Shown: piece by piece, positions 55,474 to 63,953 of the stretch
Position numbering within the stretch: position 1 is the stretch's first letter
How the letters are laid out: every line of letters starts with the position of its first letter
IMG/VR virus record: IMGVR_UViG_3300036770_003984
Span: 1 to 64,000 of that record
Strand: one strand, 5' to 3'
Source: a virus
DNA: 64,000 nt
Program-made: the position numbers and the translations under genes
The notes under the pieces: generated by a model
Database searches by the model: none
What the model saw: the letters and a program-made list of their open reading frames with translations, nothing else
Told to the model about the DNA's origin: nothing

Positions 55474-56844
55474 TTACAACATTCTTTTTAATTTTCTAAC
55501 TAAATGTTCAAATAATTCACCCATTGATAAAAAATTATTAAATTCTTCAAAACTGAAACTCTTATATATTGTTTCACCACTCTTTTTAATGTGTGTTACA
55601 AGAAGTTTTCCATCTTTAATTCCTGTGATAATAAATGAACCTCTTTCATCATCAATTTTGACAGGAGTATTCAATTGATACTTTTTAAGTAATCCCATTA
55701 ATTTTAAATTCTCACTAATATTCTTGGAATATTTTTCAGGATTTTCTTCAATCTTATCAATTATTTTTTCAAATTCGTATTCAACTTCTCTGTTAAAAGA
55801 TTCTGTGTCAAATTGACCACGATATGGATACTCGTAAATCTCAGATTTTAAACCACCACCAACGAACTCAGATAATTTTGTCATCAACTCTTCAATAGTG
55901 TTTGTTTTAGTCGCTATTAATAAATCTTTTAATTGTGAAACCCAAGTGCGATATTCATAAAAACATCTATCTATATTACTTCTTTTAACTACATGTATTT
56001 GATATCTTTCAAATGGATTACAAAAATCACTATATAATTCTTCTTTTAGTGCATTAATCCCAGCTTGTTCATTATGATTATCATAATCGTCTAGTATTCT
56101 ACTTATTTCATTATCAAATTGATTATATAATAATTCACATAATTTACCCTTTATATTATAATCATCCCTCCAATTAAAAAATTCAGGTTTAATATATGAA
56201 ACAATTTTATCCAAAAGTTTATTACTACCATCATTAAAATAATTTAATAAATTACCTTCTAGCCAATCGTAATTTGTATCTCCTTCCCATAAATTAGAAC
56301 TATATCCGTATGTACTTAAAACGGCCTCAATATAATAAAGATCGTTACTATCAAAATCCATTAAACTCAAAACACCTGCGTTACCCCCAAATTCTAAATA
56401 AATTTTACTATTACCTGGTACTTTTTTATTATATTGTATATAATCAATATTAGAATCTATCCTCTGTAATTTATATTTATCAAATTCTTTTCCATTCTCA
56501 ATCAAGACTAATGTTGTTATTAAATCAATATTACCGACTATGTCTGTAATTGTTTTATCTAAATCTGGAAAATAATAGAAAGCATCCGTTAAATGAATAT
56601 CATCACCATAATTATCATAGACTTCAAAATATTCTCCATATGCTAGAGTTATAATTCCATATCTAGTATCTTTTTCTTCTTTATTAATGAAAAAGTATAC
56701 AGTTCTATTATTATAGACATTTTTACCATGTCTTGTTGTAGTCAAGAATTCTGGACCTACTTTTAAACCCTCTTCCATATTTGGAGATTTAATGGCCAAG
56801 TATTTGTCATTTTCAAACAATATATCGTTATTAGAATAATCCAT
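55474..56844 (-). CDS. hypothetical protein
   Basis: ORF track; likely start MDYSNND at 56844. Confidence 0.75.
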   Translation of the reverse strand: MDYSNNDILFENDKYLAIKSPNMEEGLKVGPEFLTTTRHGKNVYNNRTVYFFINKEEKDTRYGIITLAYGEYFEVYDNYGDDIHLTDAFYYFPDLDKTITDIVGNIDLITTLVLIENGKEFDKYKLQRIDSNIDYIQYNKKVPGNSKIYLEFGGNAGVLSLMDFDSNDLYYIEAVLSTYGYSSNLWEGDTNYDWLEGNLLNYFNDGSNKLLDKIVSYIKPEFFNWRDDYNIKGKLCELLYNQFDNEISRILDDYDNHNEQAGINALKEELYSDFCNPFERYQIHVVKRSNIDRCFYEYRTWVSQLKDLLIATKTNTIEELMTKLSEFVGGGLKSEIYEYPYRGQFDTESFNREVEYEFEKIIDKIEENPEKYSKNISENLKLMGLLKKYQLNTPVKIDDERGSFIITGIKDGKLLVTHIKKSGETIYKSFSFEEFNNFLSMGELFEHLVRKLKRML

Positions 56845-56923
56845 ACATTTTTTTATTAAAATAAATATAATCAAAACTTGGAATTATCAATCATTATATT
56901 TATTATTGTATTACTTTACAAAA

Positions 56924-57304
56924 GGGGAGTAACTGGTATCGATTGACATTGTTGGTTATTAGGGGCATGTCAGACCTAAACTAAGTCTGTTAAACTGGTT
57001 TGAAACGATAGACGGCAACGTTATCAACAAACTTTCTGCAGTAGGTTTAATCCGTGCTGAAGAAGCAGTAGTAGCCTAGTCAATAGGGTATTACTTTCGA
57101 GTCGGGGTGCATTAACTCAGGAACAGGAGCACTATAGGGTTGTCTAATCAATTCTCATCCCTAAAAATGAATTGACCGATTTTGTTGATTTTGGGTGTAT
57201 AAAAATCAAATAGCTCGGAACATTGCGAATAATGTTGTCCTAAGCATGTAGTCCTTAGTAATTGAGATGGGCAAGAATTGGGTTCGATTCCCAAACTCTC
57301 CACC
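56924..57304 (+). ncRNA. ssrA: tmRNA
   Basis: 5' GGGGAGT pairs with 3' ACTCTCC-A-CC, giving the G3:U70 Ala identity pair; T-arm ttggg-ttcgatt-cccaa; gcatgt segments at both ends; tag ORF 57014-57079 GNVINKLSAVGLIRAEEAVVA*. Confidence 0.92.
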
Positions 57305-57314
57305 TTTAAAAAAG

Positions 57315-57343
57315 AAAACCCCTCCGTTAAGAAGGGGTTTTTT
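57315..57343. terminator. bidirectional terminator
   Basis: aaaacccctcc-gttaa-gaaggggtttt. Confidence 0.8.
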
Positions 57344-57346
57344 GTT

Positions 57347-57661
57347 TTACTGAATTTCTTTTTGATTTAATGCTTTATCAATTCTTTTGTCGGTATAACG
57401 TATTGATTCATCAAACTTGGTAGTAATATCTCTCCACAAGTTGTCCATAGCCTTATTTGAATCATCTCTTTGGTCACCAATAGTTCTATACACATTATCA
57501 AATTGACGTTGAACATTATCAACATCAAATCTTTGATTTTCTTTTATGGCAACAATCTGCCTTTCAATTCTTAATACCTTAACCAAACCCCAAACAATAA
57601 CTCCAACAAATACTAGAGCCAACATCGAGAGCATACCTAAAGCGAAATAAGTAATTCCCAT
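57347..57661 (-). CDS. membrane-anchored coiled-coil protein
   Basis: N-terminal TM segment followed by heptads. Confidence 0.75.
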   Translation of the reverse strand: MGITYFALGMLSMLALVFVGVIVWGLVKVLRIERQIVAIKENQRFDVDNVQRQFDNVYRTIGDQRDDSNKAMDNLWRDITTKFDESIRYTDKRIDKALNQKEIQ

Positions 57662-57714
57662 AATAATAAATTATTTAAATTTTATGTCATATAGACATAC
57701 TAATTTTAAATTAC

Positions 57715-58206
57715 TTATTTTAAAAGTAAAAGGATGATTGAAGTAAACCCCACTGAAACACCTCCAATGGTTAATCCTGTTAACCATTTATTCCTATTTT
57801 TTACTTTACGGAATTCAGTATTCAAATCTGTAATAATCTTTTTTTGGGACTCTTCAATTGTCTTATATCCTTGAACAATTTGGTCTTTGGTTTCAGCCTC
57901 TCTTTTTAACATATTTGTAATATCCATTGATTTATCAAAGGCTACCTTATATTGGTCTTTTACTTTAACACAATCATCTAATACAATTTTATACTCAGAT
58001 AGTCTAGTAGTTACAATTTTCAATGAATCATATTGTATAGCAATTTTCTCAGCAAATTTTCTATTGATAATAAAAGAGGTATCACCATTGACAACTATTA
58101 AGTCAATTTTGGGTTTAATTGTGTCTGTGTTATTGGTTAAACCTTGTGCGTAAACCATCCAAGAGCTGGTCATTAGAACTATTAATAATAGCGTCAATCT
58201 TAACAT
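57715..58206 (-). CDS. exported coiled-coil protein with C-terminal TM (spanin-like candidate)
   Basis: Signal peptide ending MVYA|Q, coiled coil, C-terminal hydrophobic tail; overlaps the upstream gene by 77 nt. Confidence 0.6.
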   Translation of the reverse strand: MLRLTLLLIVLMTSSWMVYAQGLTNNTDTIKPKIDLIVVNGDTSFIINRKFAEKIAIQYDSLKIVTTRLSEYKIVLDDCVKVKDQYKVAFDKSMDITNMLKREAETKDQIVQGYKTIEESQKKIITDLNTEFRKVKNRNKWLTGLTIGGVSVGFTSIILLLLK

Positions 58207-58483
58207 TGTTTTGAATTTTTAATTGGTTTATTTTTGATGTTAGATTACTTTCACTTATTTGAATGCTTGTAGTTAAGATATCCAACTGTGATTCCATTTT
58301 TTCTCTCTCAGATTTCATTACATCCAATTTTTTATATAGAGAATCTATGGCTTTCTTTTCAGCATCAATAATTTGTTGTTGTAATTTCTTGTTATCTTGA
58401 TGATTTGTATTCATCATATAACCCAAAATAATCCCAATCAATAATATTGATACCACGATAATTAGGGTGTGTTTCCAATTCAT
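58130..58483 (-). CDS. N-terminal TM coiled-coil protein (i-spanin-like candidate)
   Basis: TM segment LIIVVSILLIGIILGYMM followed by heptads. Confidence 0.6.
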   Translation of the reverse strand: MNWKHTLIIVVSILLIGIILGYMMNTNHQDNKKLQQQIIDAEKKAIDSLYKKLDVMKSEREKMESQLDILTTSIQISESNLTSKINQLKIQNNVKIDAIINSSNDQLLDGLRTRFNQ

Positions 58484-58617
58484 ATTTTATGTTTTATTTA
58501 TAATTATATTTTTTTTTAAAAAAATGTTAAAACCATTTGACTTCTCTGAAAATATTGCCTATTTATTGTTTATAAAAAATAACAAATCAATTTTAAAACA
58601 TTTAAAAACAACAAAAA

Positions 58618-58803
58618 ATGAAAAAAGTAATTTTTGGAGCAGCATTGGTACTTGGTACTATTTTCACATCTTGTGATTCACAATCTAAACCTGATGAAGT
58701 TAAACCAACTGAAGATTCTACTAAGGTTGAAACAACTACAGTAACAACACCATCTGTTGATTCCGCAAAAGTAGAAGAAACAAAACCTGAAGGTAAAAAA
58801 TAG
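58618..58803 (+). CDS. small lipoprotein
   Basis: Lipobox IFTS|C followed by a Thr/Glu/Lys low-complexity tail; own terminator. Confidence 0.8.
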   Translation: MKKVIFGAALVLGTIFTSCDSQSKPDEVKPTEDSTKVETTTVTTPSVDSAKVEETKPEGKK

Positions 58804-58820
58804 TATTTAGGTTAAAAATT

Positions 58821-58856
58821 AAAATCCCCACTCTTAATTGAAATGGGGATTTTTTT
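58821..58856. terminator. bidirectional terminator
   Basis: aaaatccccac...atggggatttt. Confidence 0.8.
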
Positions 58857-59487
58857 ATTTCATTAATTTTTTAATTCTATTAACTTCTTCTTTTAATGCT
58901 CCTTGGATTACATCTGGTATTAGTGTAAATGGTGTCGCAAAAAGAAATTTACTTTGTGATGTTATTTTTCCACTTGTTGGTGTTGTTGAATCACTTTTAA
59001 GACTTGATGGTTCTTTTTTATTTTCTTTCTTGTTTTCTTTTTTATTTTCTTTTTTATTTTCTTTCTTGTCTTCTTTTTTATCTTCTTTTTTATCTTCTTT
59101 TTTATTGGTAGTTGTTGAGGGTTTAAATCCTCTAAAGAACGAATTAATATCTTGTTTTTCTTTTTTTTTATTTGTAATCCAATATTCTAAGTGTTCTGTA
59201 GTTGTCTCACCAATTTTATTATTTTGTTTAACTAATTGACCAACAGAATATTTTTGTTTTTGCAAGTTACAAAAATTAGAATAAAAAATTTCAATATTAC
59301 CATCACGAGAAATTTCATGTTTAATCTTATAACTACCATTGCAATTTAACCCATAAGAATCAACAACCTCACCATCATAAGGACAAAGTACATTTGTTGA
59401 GTTTTGTACAATATATTTTCCTTTTTGCACACTTATATCATCAATTTTTATCCTTTCTCCTTCAATAGGACTAATAAATCTATCCAT
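58855..59487 (-). CDS. degenerate M23 (LytM)-like protein with KKE(D/N) repeats
   Basis: CPYDGEVV...IKH...VGQLVKQNNKIG...HLEYW; the canonical Zn ligands are missing. Confidence 0.55.
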   Translation of the reverse strand: MDRFISPIEGERIKIDDISVQKGKYIVQNSTNVLCPYDGEVVDSYGLNCNGSYKIKHEISRDGNIEIFYSNFCNLQKQKYSVGQLVKQNNKIGETTTEHLEYWITNKKKEKQDINSFFRGFKPSTTTNKKEDKKEDKKEDKKENKKENKKENKKENKKEPSSLKSDSTTPTSGKITSQSKFLFATPFTLIPDVIQGALKEEVNRIKKLMK

Positions 59488-60022
59488 TACTCATAATTTC
59501 TTTAATTCTATTTATTTCTTCTAATATAAGATTTGAATCAATTTCATTAGATTCTGCAACCGCCAAAGGTTGTAAATCTTTTGTACCAGTTTTTATTGAA
59601 GGATTAGTAAAAAAAGTTGTTTTTTTCCAAAGAGCGTTAGCAATTGCTTGTTTTCTACTTTCAGTATTTTGTGAATTTGAAGATATTGATTCCAAAGTCA
59701 TTTCCAATGTATTAGTACTTATTTTTTTTGCCTTATTTGAAGTTCCGTATAATTTTATCATATTGTCAATCAAATTATCTGCGTGATTCAGATTACCTGC
59801 AGTATTAGTAATATTTATTGATACAATATCCCTAATTTTTTTTAAATCACTTAATTTTATATTTTCATATTTGTGATTAGTTAAATAATAATCAATCCCA
59901 TCTAATAATAGACCATATTGTTCGCTGTCATTACCTCCAAGACTTGTGAAATCAACTTTTGATGTAGCATTTGGTTTATTTAGGTTATCTTTAAATTCTT
60001 TTAAAGTTAAATGATTTGGCAT
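59480..60022 (-). CDS. hypothetical protein with C-terminal LILEEINRIKEIM helix
   Basis: Likely start MPNHLT at 60022, with TATTTAT at 60039-60045. Confidence 0.75.
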   Translation of the reverse strand: MPNHLTLKEFKDNLNKPNATSKVDFTSLGGNDSEQYGLLLDGIDYYLTNHKYENIKLSDLKKIRDIVSINITNTAGNLNHADNLIDNMIKLYGTSNKAKKISTNTLEMTLESISSNSQNTESRKQAIANALWKKTTFFTNPSIKTGTKDLQPLAVAESNEIDSNLILEEINRIKEIMSNG

Positions 60023-60071
60023 TGTTTTATTTTTATTAATAAATACCACAATAAAATAAAAAAAGTACAAC

Positions 60072-60365
60072 TTAGGTTGTACTTTTTTTATTTTCAAATT
60101 TCAAACCCCAATTAGCACCAATCATTGACATTTGTCTTTCGGCATAAACATCAGTATAATTAAGTTTTTTCTTGATTTGTTTAGTACCCCATTCTTTCCA
60201 TTTGTCATATTGTTCTTCAGTAATTGTCCAATCATTGTACCAAGCATCCTTACGGTCTTTGATATCCTCATATGTAACCTTATGACCAGCAAATTCAAAC
60301 ATTTTATTCAATATTTCAATTACTAGTTTGTCTCTTTTTTCTTGATATGAAAGTCTCTTAGCCAT
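60072..60365 (-). CDS. hypothetical protein
   Basis: ORF track. Confidence 0.75.
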   Translation of the reverse strand: MAKRLSYQEKRDKLVIEILNKMFEFAGHKVTYEDIKDRKDAWYNDWTITEEQYDKWKEWGTKQIKKKLNYTDVYAERQMSMIGANWGLKFENKKSTT

Positions 60366-60373
60366 AATTTTAT

Positions 60374-61384
60374 TTATTTTTCGTTTAACAAAAATTTGTT
60401 TGATATAACTTTGAATGATATTGTTCTATCATATGCTCTTATAACAACACCTTCCCTATCAAAGTTCCCATTAAGTTGAGATTTATCTTCAGCAAATAAC
60501 AATAATTCATCAATTGATTTTGGAAGTACAAATCCGTAATCTAATATTGGAACAGTTTTTAAACCCAAATCTTCCATTAACATTAGGAATTTAGTAAATG
60601 GGATATTTTTTTGTTCATCAATATTAAATGCGTTGAAGAATTTAACTGTTTGACCTTTTATCTTGTATGGGTTACCCTGGATTCCTTCTCCGATGATTTC
60701 ACCTTGAACACACATATTATAACCCAATTTAGATAAAGATTCCTCCAGATTCAATTCTCTTGCAACTTTCCAAAAGGAGTTACCCTCAGTCTCCAATAGC
60801 TCAAGATTTCTTGAACACACCCCAAATACACCATCCTTGTAATAGAATGTAGCACTTGATCCATCCAACTTCTCAGTGACATAAAATGCCTTACCAGACA
60901 ACCTAATATTTTCGTATTCACTTGATAAGTTTTGAATACGTTCTTCATCTGTTTTTCTTATAAAAGATGGAAACATACCTTTAACTTTACCTTGAAGTTC
61001 CGCTGGAATTGGGGGTTCGTATTTAAATATACCCAACATTTCAGTAACATCTTCTCCTTCAGTTATTTCCATAACAATTGGAAGAACACTTATTGGTAAT
61101 AATAGACCTTGACTTAATTGTCCTCTTAATCTTATTGTTTTCAATCTAAATCCTTCACTACCATCAGACATTTTTTTGTATGATGTTTTTCTTAAGAATT
61201 CAAATTCTTCTTTGATTGGTAAGAAGGAGTCAATCTCACAATAGATACAAAAGTCCCCAACTTTGTATTCTCCTTTTTTGGATACAACATCCCAGTTGTT
61301 TATTCTAACAACTTCTATAACGTCAGCCCCAACTATAGGTCTAACTTCTTTTACTATTTGTATACTCGCTAATTTTCTTTCCAT
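60374..61384 (-). CDS. ATP-dependent RNA ligase (DRB0094/Rnl5-like)
   Basis: MERKLASIQ N-terminal OB-like part; TEKLDGSS (motif I), QGEIIG, REGVVIR, FKVISNKFL. Confidence 0.88.
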   Translation of the reverse strand: MERKLASIQIVKEVRPIVGADVIEVVRINNWDVVSKKGEYKVGDFCIYCEIDSFLPIKEEFEFLRKTSYKKMSDGSEGFRLKTIRLRGQLSQGLLLPISVLPIVMEITEGEDVTEMLGIFKYEPPIPAELQGKVKGMFPSFIRKTDEERIQNLSSEYENIRLSGKAFYVTEKLDGSSATFYYKDGVFGVCSRNLELLETEGNSFWKVARELNLEESLSKLGYNMCVQGEIIGEGIQGNPYKIKGQTVKFFNAFNIDEQKNIPFTKFLMLMEDLGLKTVPILDYGFVLPKSIDELLLFAEDKSQLNGNFDREGVVIRAYDRTISFKVISNKFLLNEK

Positions 61385-61385
61385 A

Positions 61386-61832
61386 TTAACTAAATTCATT
61401 ATTTGGTGAAACTCTTAATCCATCTATATATTCTTCTTTTACTTCAAAATCGTAGTGGTACTGACGTGGATGTTCTCTACGATATTTTTCATGATCATAA
61501 CCATCAGGTTGTCCCCATACTAACGCCATTGTAATAAACTCCTCAACATCCATTTCTTTACCATACTCATCTATAACTCTACCTGTTCTTATAAAGTTCA
61601 ATAATTCTTCTTTATTTGAATAAAATTTTTTGTCATTGAAATTCCATAAAAACTTCCAACCACTACTACGTTTACCTAAATGAATGTTTGTTCCATCAGT
61701 AAACAAATCCCAAATTGAATTACTTTCAATTGAAAGTTGTGAAATATCAATAGAATTAATATTATTAATCAATTCTTGTTTTCTTTTCTCCATTTCTTCC
61801 ACACTTGGAATTCTGTAGTAGTTTGTTCCCAT
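61386..61832 (-). CDS. hypothetical protein
   Basis: MGTNYY...HLGKRSSGWKFLW. Confidence 0.75.
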   Translation of the reverse strand: MGTNYYRIPSVEEMEKRKQELINNINSIDISQLSIESNSIWDLFTDGTNIHLGKRSSGWKFLWNFNDKKFYSNKEELLNFIRTGRVIDEYGKEMDVEEFITMALVWGQPDGYDHEKYRREHPRQYHYDFEVKEEYIDGLRVSPNNEFS

Positions 61833-61857
61833 TGTTTTATTAGTTTTAATTGTTTCA

Positions 61858-61888
61858 CAAAATTAAGAAATCCCCACCTAATATCAAA
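61858..61888 (-). promoter_or_regulatory. Bacteroidota primary-sigma promoter
   Basis: Minus strand TTTG (61888-85), N19, TAATTTTG (61865-58), upstream of the 61832 gene. Confidence 0.65.
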
Positions 61889-61909
61889 ATTAAATGGGGA
61901 TTTTTTTTT
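61867..61909 (-). terminator. intrinsic terminator overlapping the promoter
   Basis: aaatccccac...atggggattttt. Confidence 0.7.
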
Positions 61910-62213
61910 AAGGATTTAATCTAAATGACCAATCTATTTCCCAGTCTCGTTGGACTTTACCAAACCTAGTATCAAAATAAATCCCAACCATTTTACACAG
62001 ATTTTCCATATCGTGAATTTTCTTTACATCACTTTCATTTTCCAAGTTGAATGCGATATTAACCCACTTATCAACTGGTAATCTGTTTGGTTTATCATAT
62101 TTCTCAATCAATATTGGAGTTTTAATTGATTCATTCATCGTGTAATCAATCCCCTCATTTTTCAATCTTTCAAGTTTGTTTAGTACAAACTCATACGCTT
62201 CATTAATGGTCAT
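61908..62213 (-). CDS. hypothetical protein
   Basis: ORF track. Confidence 0.7.
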   Translation of the reverse strand: MTINEAYEFVLNKLERLKNEGIDYTMNESIKTPILIEKYDKPNRLPVDKWVNIAFNLENESDVKKIHDMENLCKMVGIYFDTRFGKVQRDWEIDWSFRLNP

Positions 62214-62217
62214 TTTT

Positions 62218-62457
62218 TTAATTTAAATTTTCTAAAAATTTTACGAATTCAGTTATATTTTTTTCCTCAAAAATTATTGTATTGTCTTGTGTTATTGAAA
62301 CTTCTTTTTTGGGAAAAATTTTAATTGTAAATTTAGAATCTCTGGTTATTACAAATTCGTCATCAAATGTCAAATTAACTTGATAAGATTCTTTTTTAAT
62401 TATTGGTTCAATTGTTTGCCAAACCTTAGTTTGAAACTTTGTTAATTTTTCTTTCAT
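62218..62457 (-). CDS. hypothetical protein
   Basis: ORF track. Confidence 0.7.
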   Translation of the reverse strand: MKEKLTKFQTKVWQTIEPIIKKESYQVNLTFDDEFVITRDSKFTIKIFPKKEVSITQDNTIIFEEKNITEFVKFLENLN

Positions 62458-62543
62458 GCCTTCCTCCTTTTTCTAATTGTAAATAAAAATAGAAGAAATA
62501 GTATAAACCAAATTCCTGTCATTATTTTATTGAATATATTCAT
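62454..62543 (-). CDS. 29-aa single-TM peptide
   Basis: MNIFNKIMTGIWFILFLLFLFTIRKRRKA*; ATGA-coupled to the next gene and fills the intergenic gap. Confidence 0.6.
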   Translation of the reverse strand: MNIFNKIMTGIWFILFLLFLFTIRKRRKA

Positions 62544-62547
62544 AGTT

Positions 62548-62808
62548 TTATTTTTTTTCAAATTCTTCCTTTAAAACAGATAATTCATCTTGTACATTTT
62601 TTCTTTCAGTTTCTAAAACTGATTTAATTAAATCATCCCCACCTATATATAAAAATCTTGATATTTTAAACTTACAATCAGACATCCCCGTAATTTTCAT
62701 ATCTAAATTATTATATTTCAGTAGAGAATCAATAATATGGAGTCTCATTTCCATATTTTCAATTTTATCCATAAAGGATTTTAACTCAAAAAATTTTTCT
62801 TCTGTCAT
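62548..62808 (-). CDS. hypothetical protein
   Basis: ORF track. Confidence 0.7.
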   Translation of the reverse strand: MTEEKFFELKSFMDKIENMEMRLHIIDSLLKYNNLDMKITGMSDCKFKISRFLYIGGDDLIKSVLETERKNVQDELSVLKEEFEKK

Positions 62809-62814
62809 AATTTT

Positions 62815-63306
62815 TTATACCAATTCTAAGTGATTTTCTTCACAAAACCAATAGGGAACATCACGATTTTTCCAAGAAACAAAATCTTTTTTTGCCCAAA
62901 TGTAATAGTTTCTATAAGATTGGATAACATCTTTAACCTTATATTCATCAGGCATTGCTTTGGGTGGTTCAGTGAAACCTTTGTCACAAATATTGACAAA
63001 ATTTGTTACGCACCACTCAATAACATCTTGGGACTTATGACGTTTTCCATATCTATAAGTATACTCCTTACACAATTCCAATCCAAGTTCACATAGATAT
63101 AAATAGTTAGATAATGATTCTCTAACCCATATTGAACAAGGGTGATTTTTGTGGGATAATTTATAAGGGATATCCAATTTGGAATTTGTTACGTGGTGGG
63201 CAGAACATAATAGTTGAGCCGTTTCCAATATCATCTTAACAACGTGTTTGTCACAATGGTATTTAGCACATTTGACAACATCATAATCCAAAAAGAAAAT
63301 GTTCAT
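62815..63306 (-). CDS. pyrimidine-dimer DNA glycosylase / DenV-like protein
   Basis: MNIFFLD...HCDKHVVKMILETAQLL...HKNHPCSIW...YRNYY. Confidence 0.8.
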   Translation of the reverse strand: MNIFFLDYDVVKCAKYHCDKHVVKMILETAQLLCSAHHVTNSKLDIPYKLSHKNHPCSIWVRESLSNYLYLCELGLELCKEYTYRYGKRHKSQDVIEWCVTNFVNICDKGFTEPPKAMPDEYKVKDVIQSYRNYYIWAKKDFVSWKNRDVPYWFCEENHLELV

Positions 63307-63365
63307 TTTTATTTATGTTGAATGGTGAAAGGTTCTACTTTGGGTAATAAGGAATTTCATCAAAA

Positions 63366-63953
63366 TCATTTTCCTCCCTCAAGAGTTTTTAAAGCTTCCA
63401 AATAAACTTCTATTGCTTTCAAGTAAAGATTAAAATTTCCACCCCTCATATTCTTAAGTAACTCTTTTTTCTCTTGAAGATAAGTAACAGCGAAAGATTT
63501 ATCATACTCAACAATAGATGAAATGTTCTCAATCAAGTCAGCATATTTAACTGTTTGACAATAAGCAGGAATTCTACCAAGTCTTTCAACTTCCATAGCT
63601 TTTCTTTTGGCTCTATTGACTTTAGGATAAGCTTCTTTGGTGTAGGTGTCGGTTAAATGACCAATACCTGAAACAATCATCTCAGTACTTAAATAGGGAT
63701 AACCAATCTCACTTAATTTTTTTCTTAAAGTTTCAATAGTACAAGGAGTATCTTCCAATAAATCATGACCTAACGATATTTCTATTGCAAATACTTCACC
63801 ATTACTAAAAGAATCTGATTTATATTTATTTACTAATTCTGCGACAGCCAATGGATGAGTCCAATAAGGTTCGCCCGTATATTTTCTCACTTGAGTGCCA
63901 TGTTGTTCTTTGACAAACTCAAGAAATTTTTCTTGTTGTTCTGTTAATACCAT
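63366..63953 (-). CDS. HD-domain (p)ppGpp hydrolase-like protein (SpoT/Mesh1 HD)
   Basis: RKYTGEPYWTHPLAVA, GHDLLEDT, HLTD, VKYADLIEN. Confidence 0.85.
   Translation of the reverse strand: MVLTEQQEKFLEFVKEQHGTQVRKYTGEPYWTHPLAVAELVNKYKSDSFSNGEVFAIEISLGHDLLEDTPCTIETLRKKLSEIGYPYLSTEMIVSGIGHLTDTYTKEAYPKVNRAKRKAMEVERLGRIPAYCQTVKYADLIENISSIVEYDKSFAVTYLQEKKELLKNMRGGNFNLYLKAIEVYLEALKTLEGGK

Noticed and set aside
57250-57304. Stand-alone tRNA
   Set aside because: This is the T-arm and acceptor end of the tmRNA; no anticodon arm is present.
2352-60948. Short antisense or alternate-frame ORFs in the track (e.g. 2352, 6126, 6960, 9361, 16867, 22119, 37768, 42153, 48362, 52632, 58838)
   Set aside because: They are shadows of longer genes, with Phe/Leu/Ser-rich composition and no start signals.
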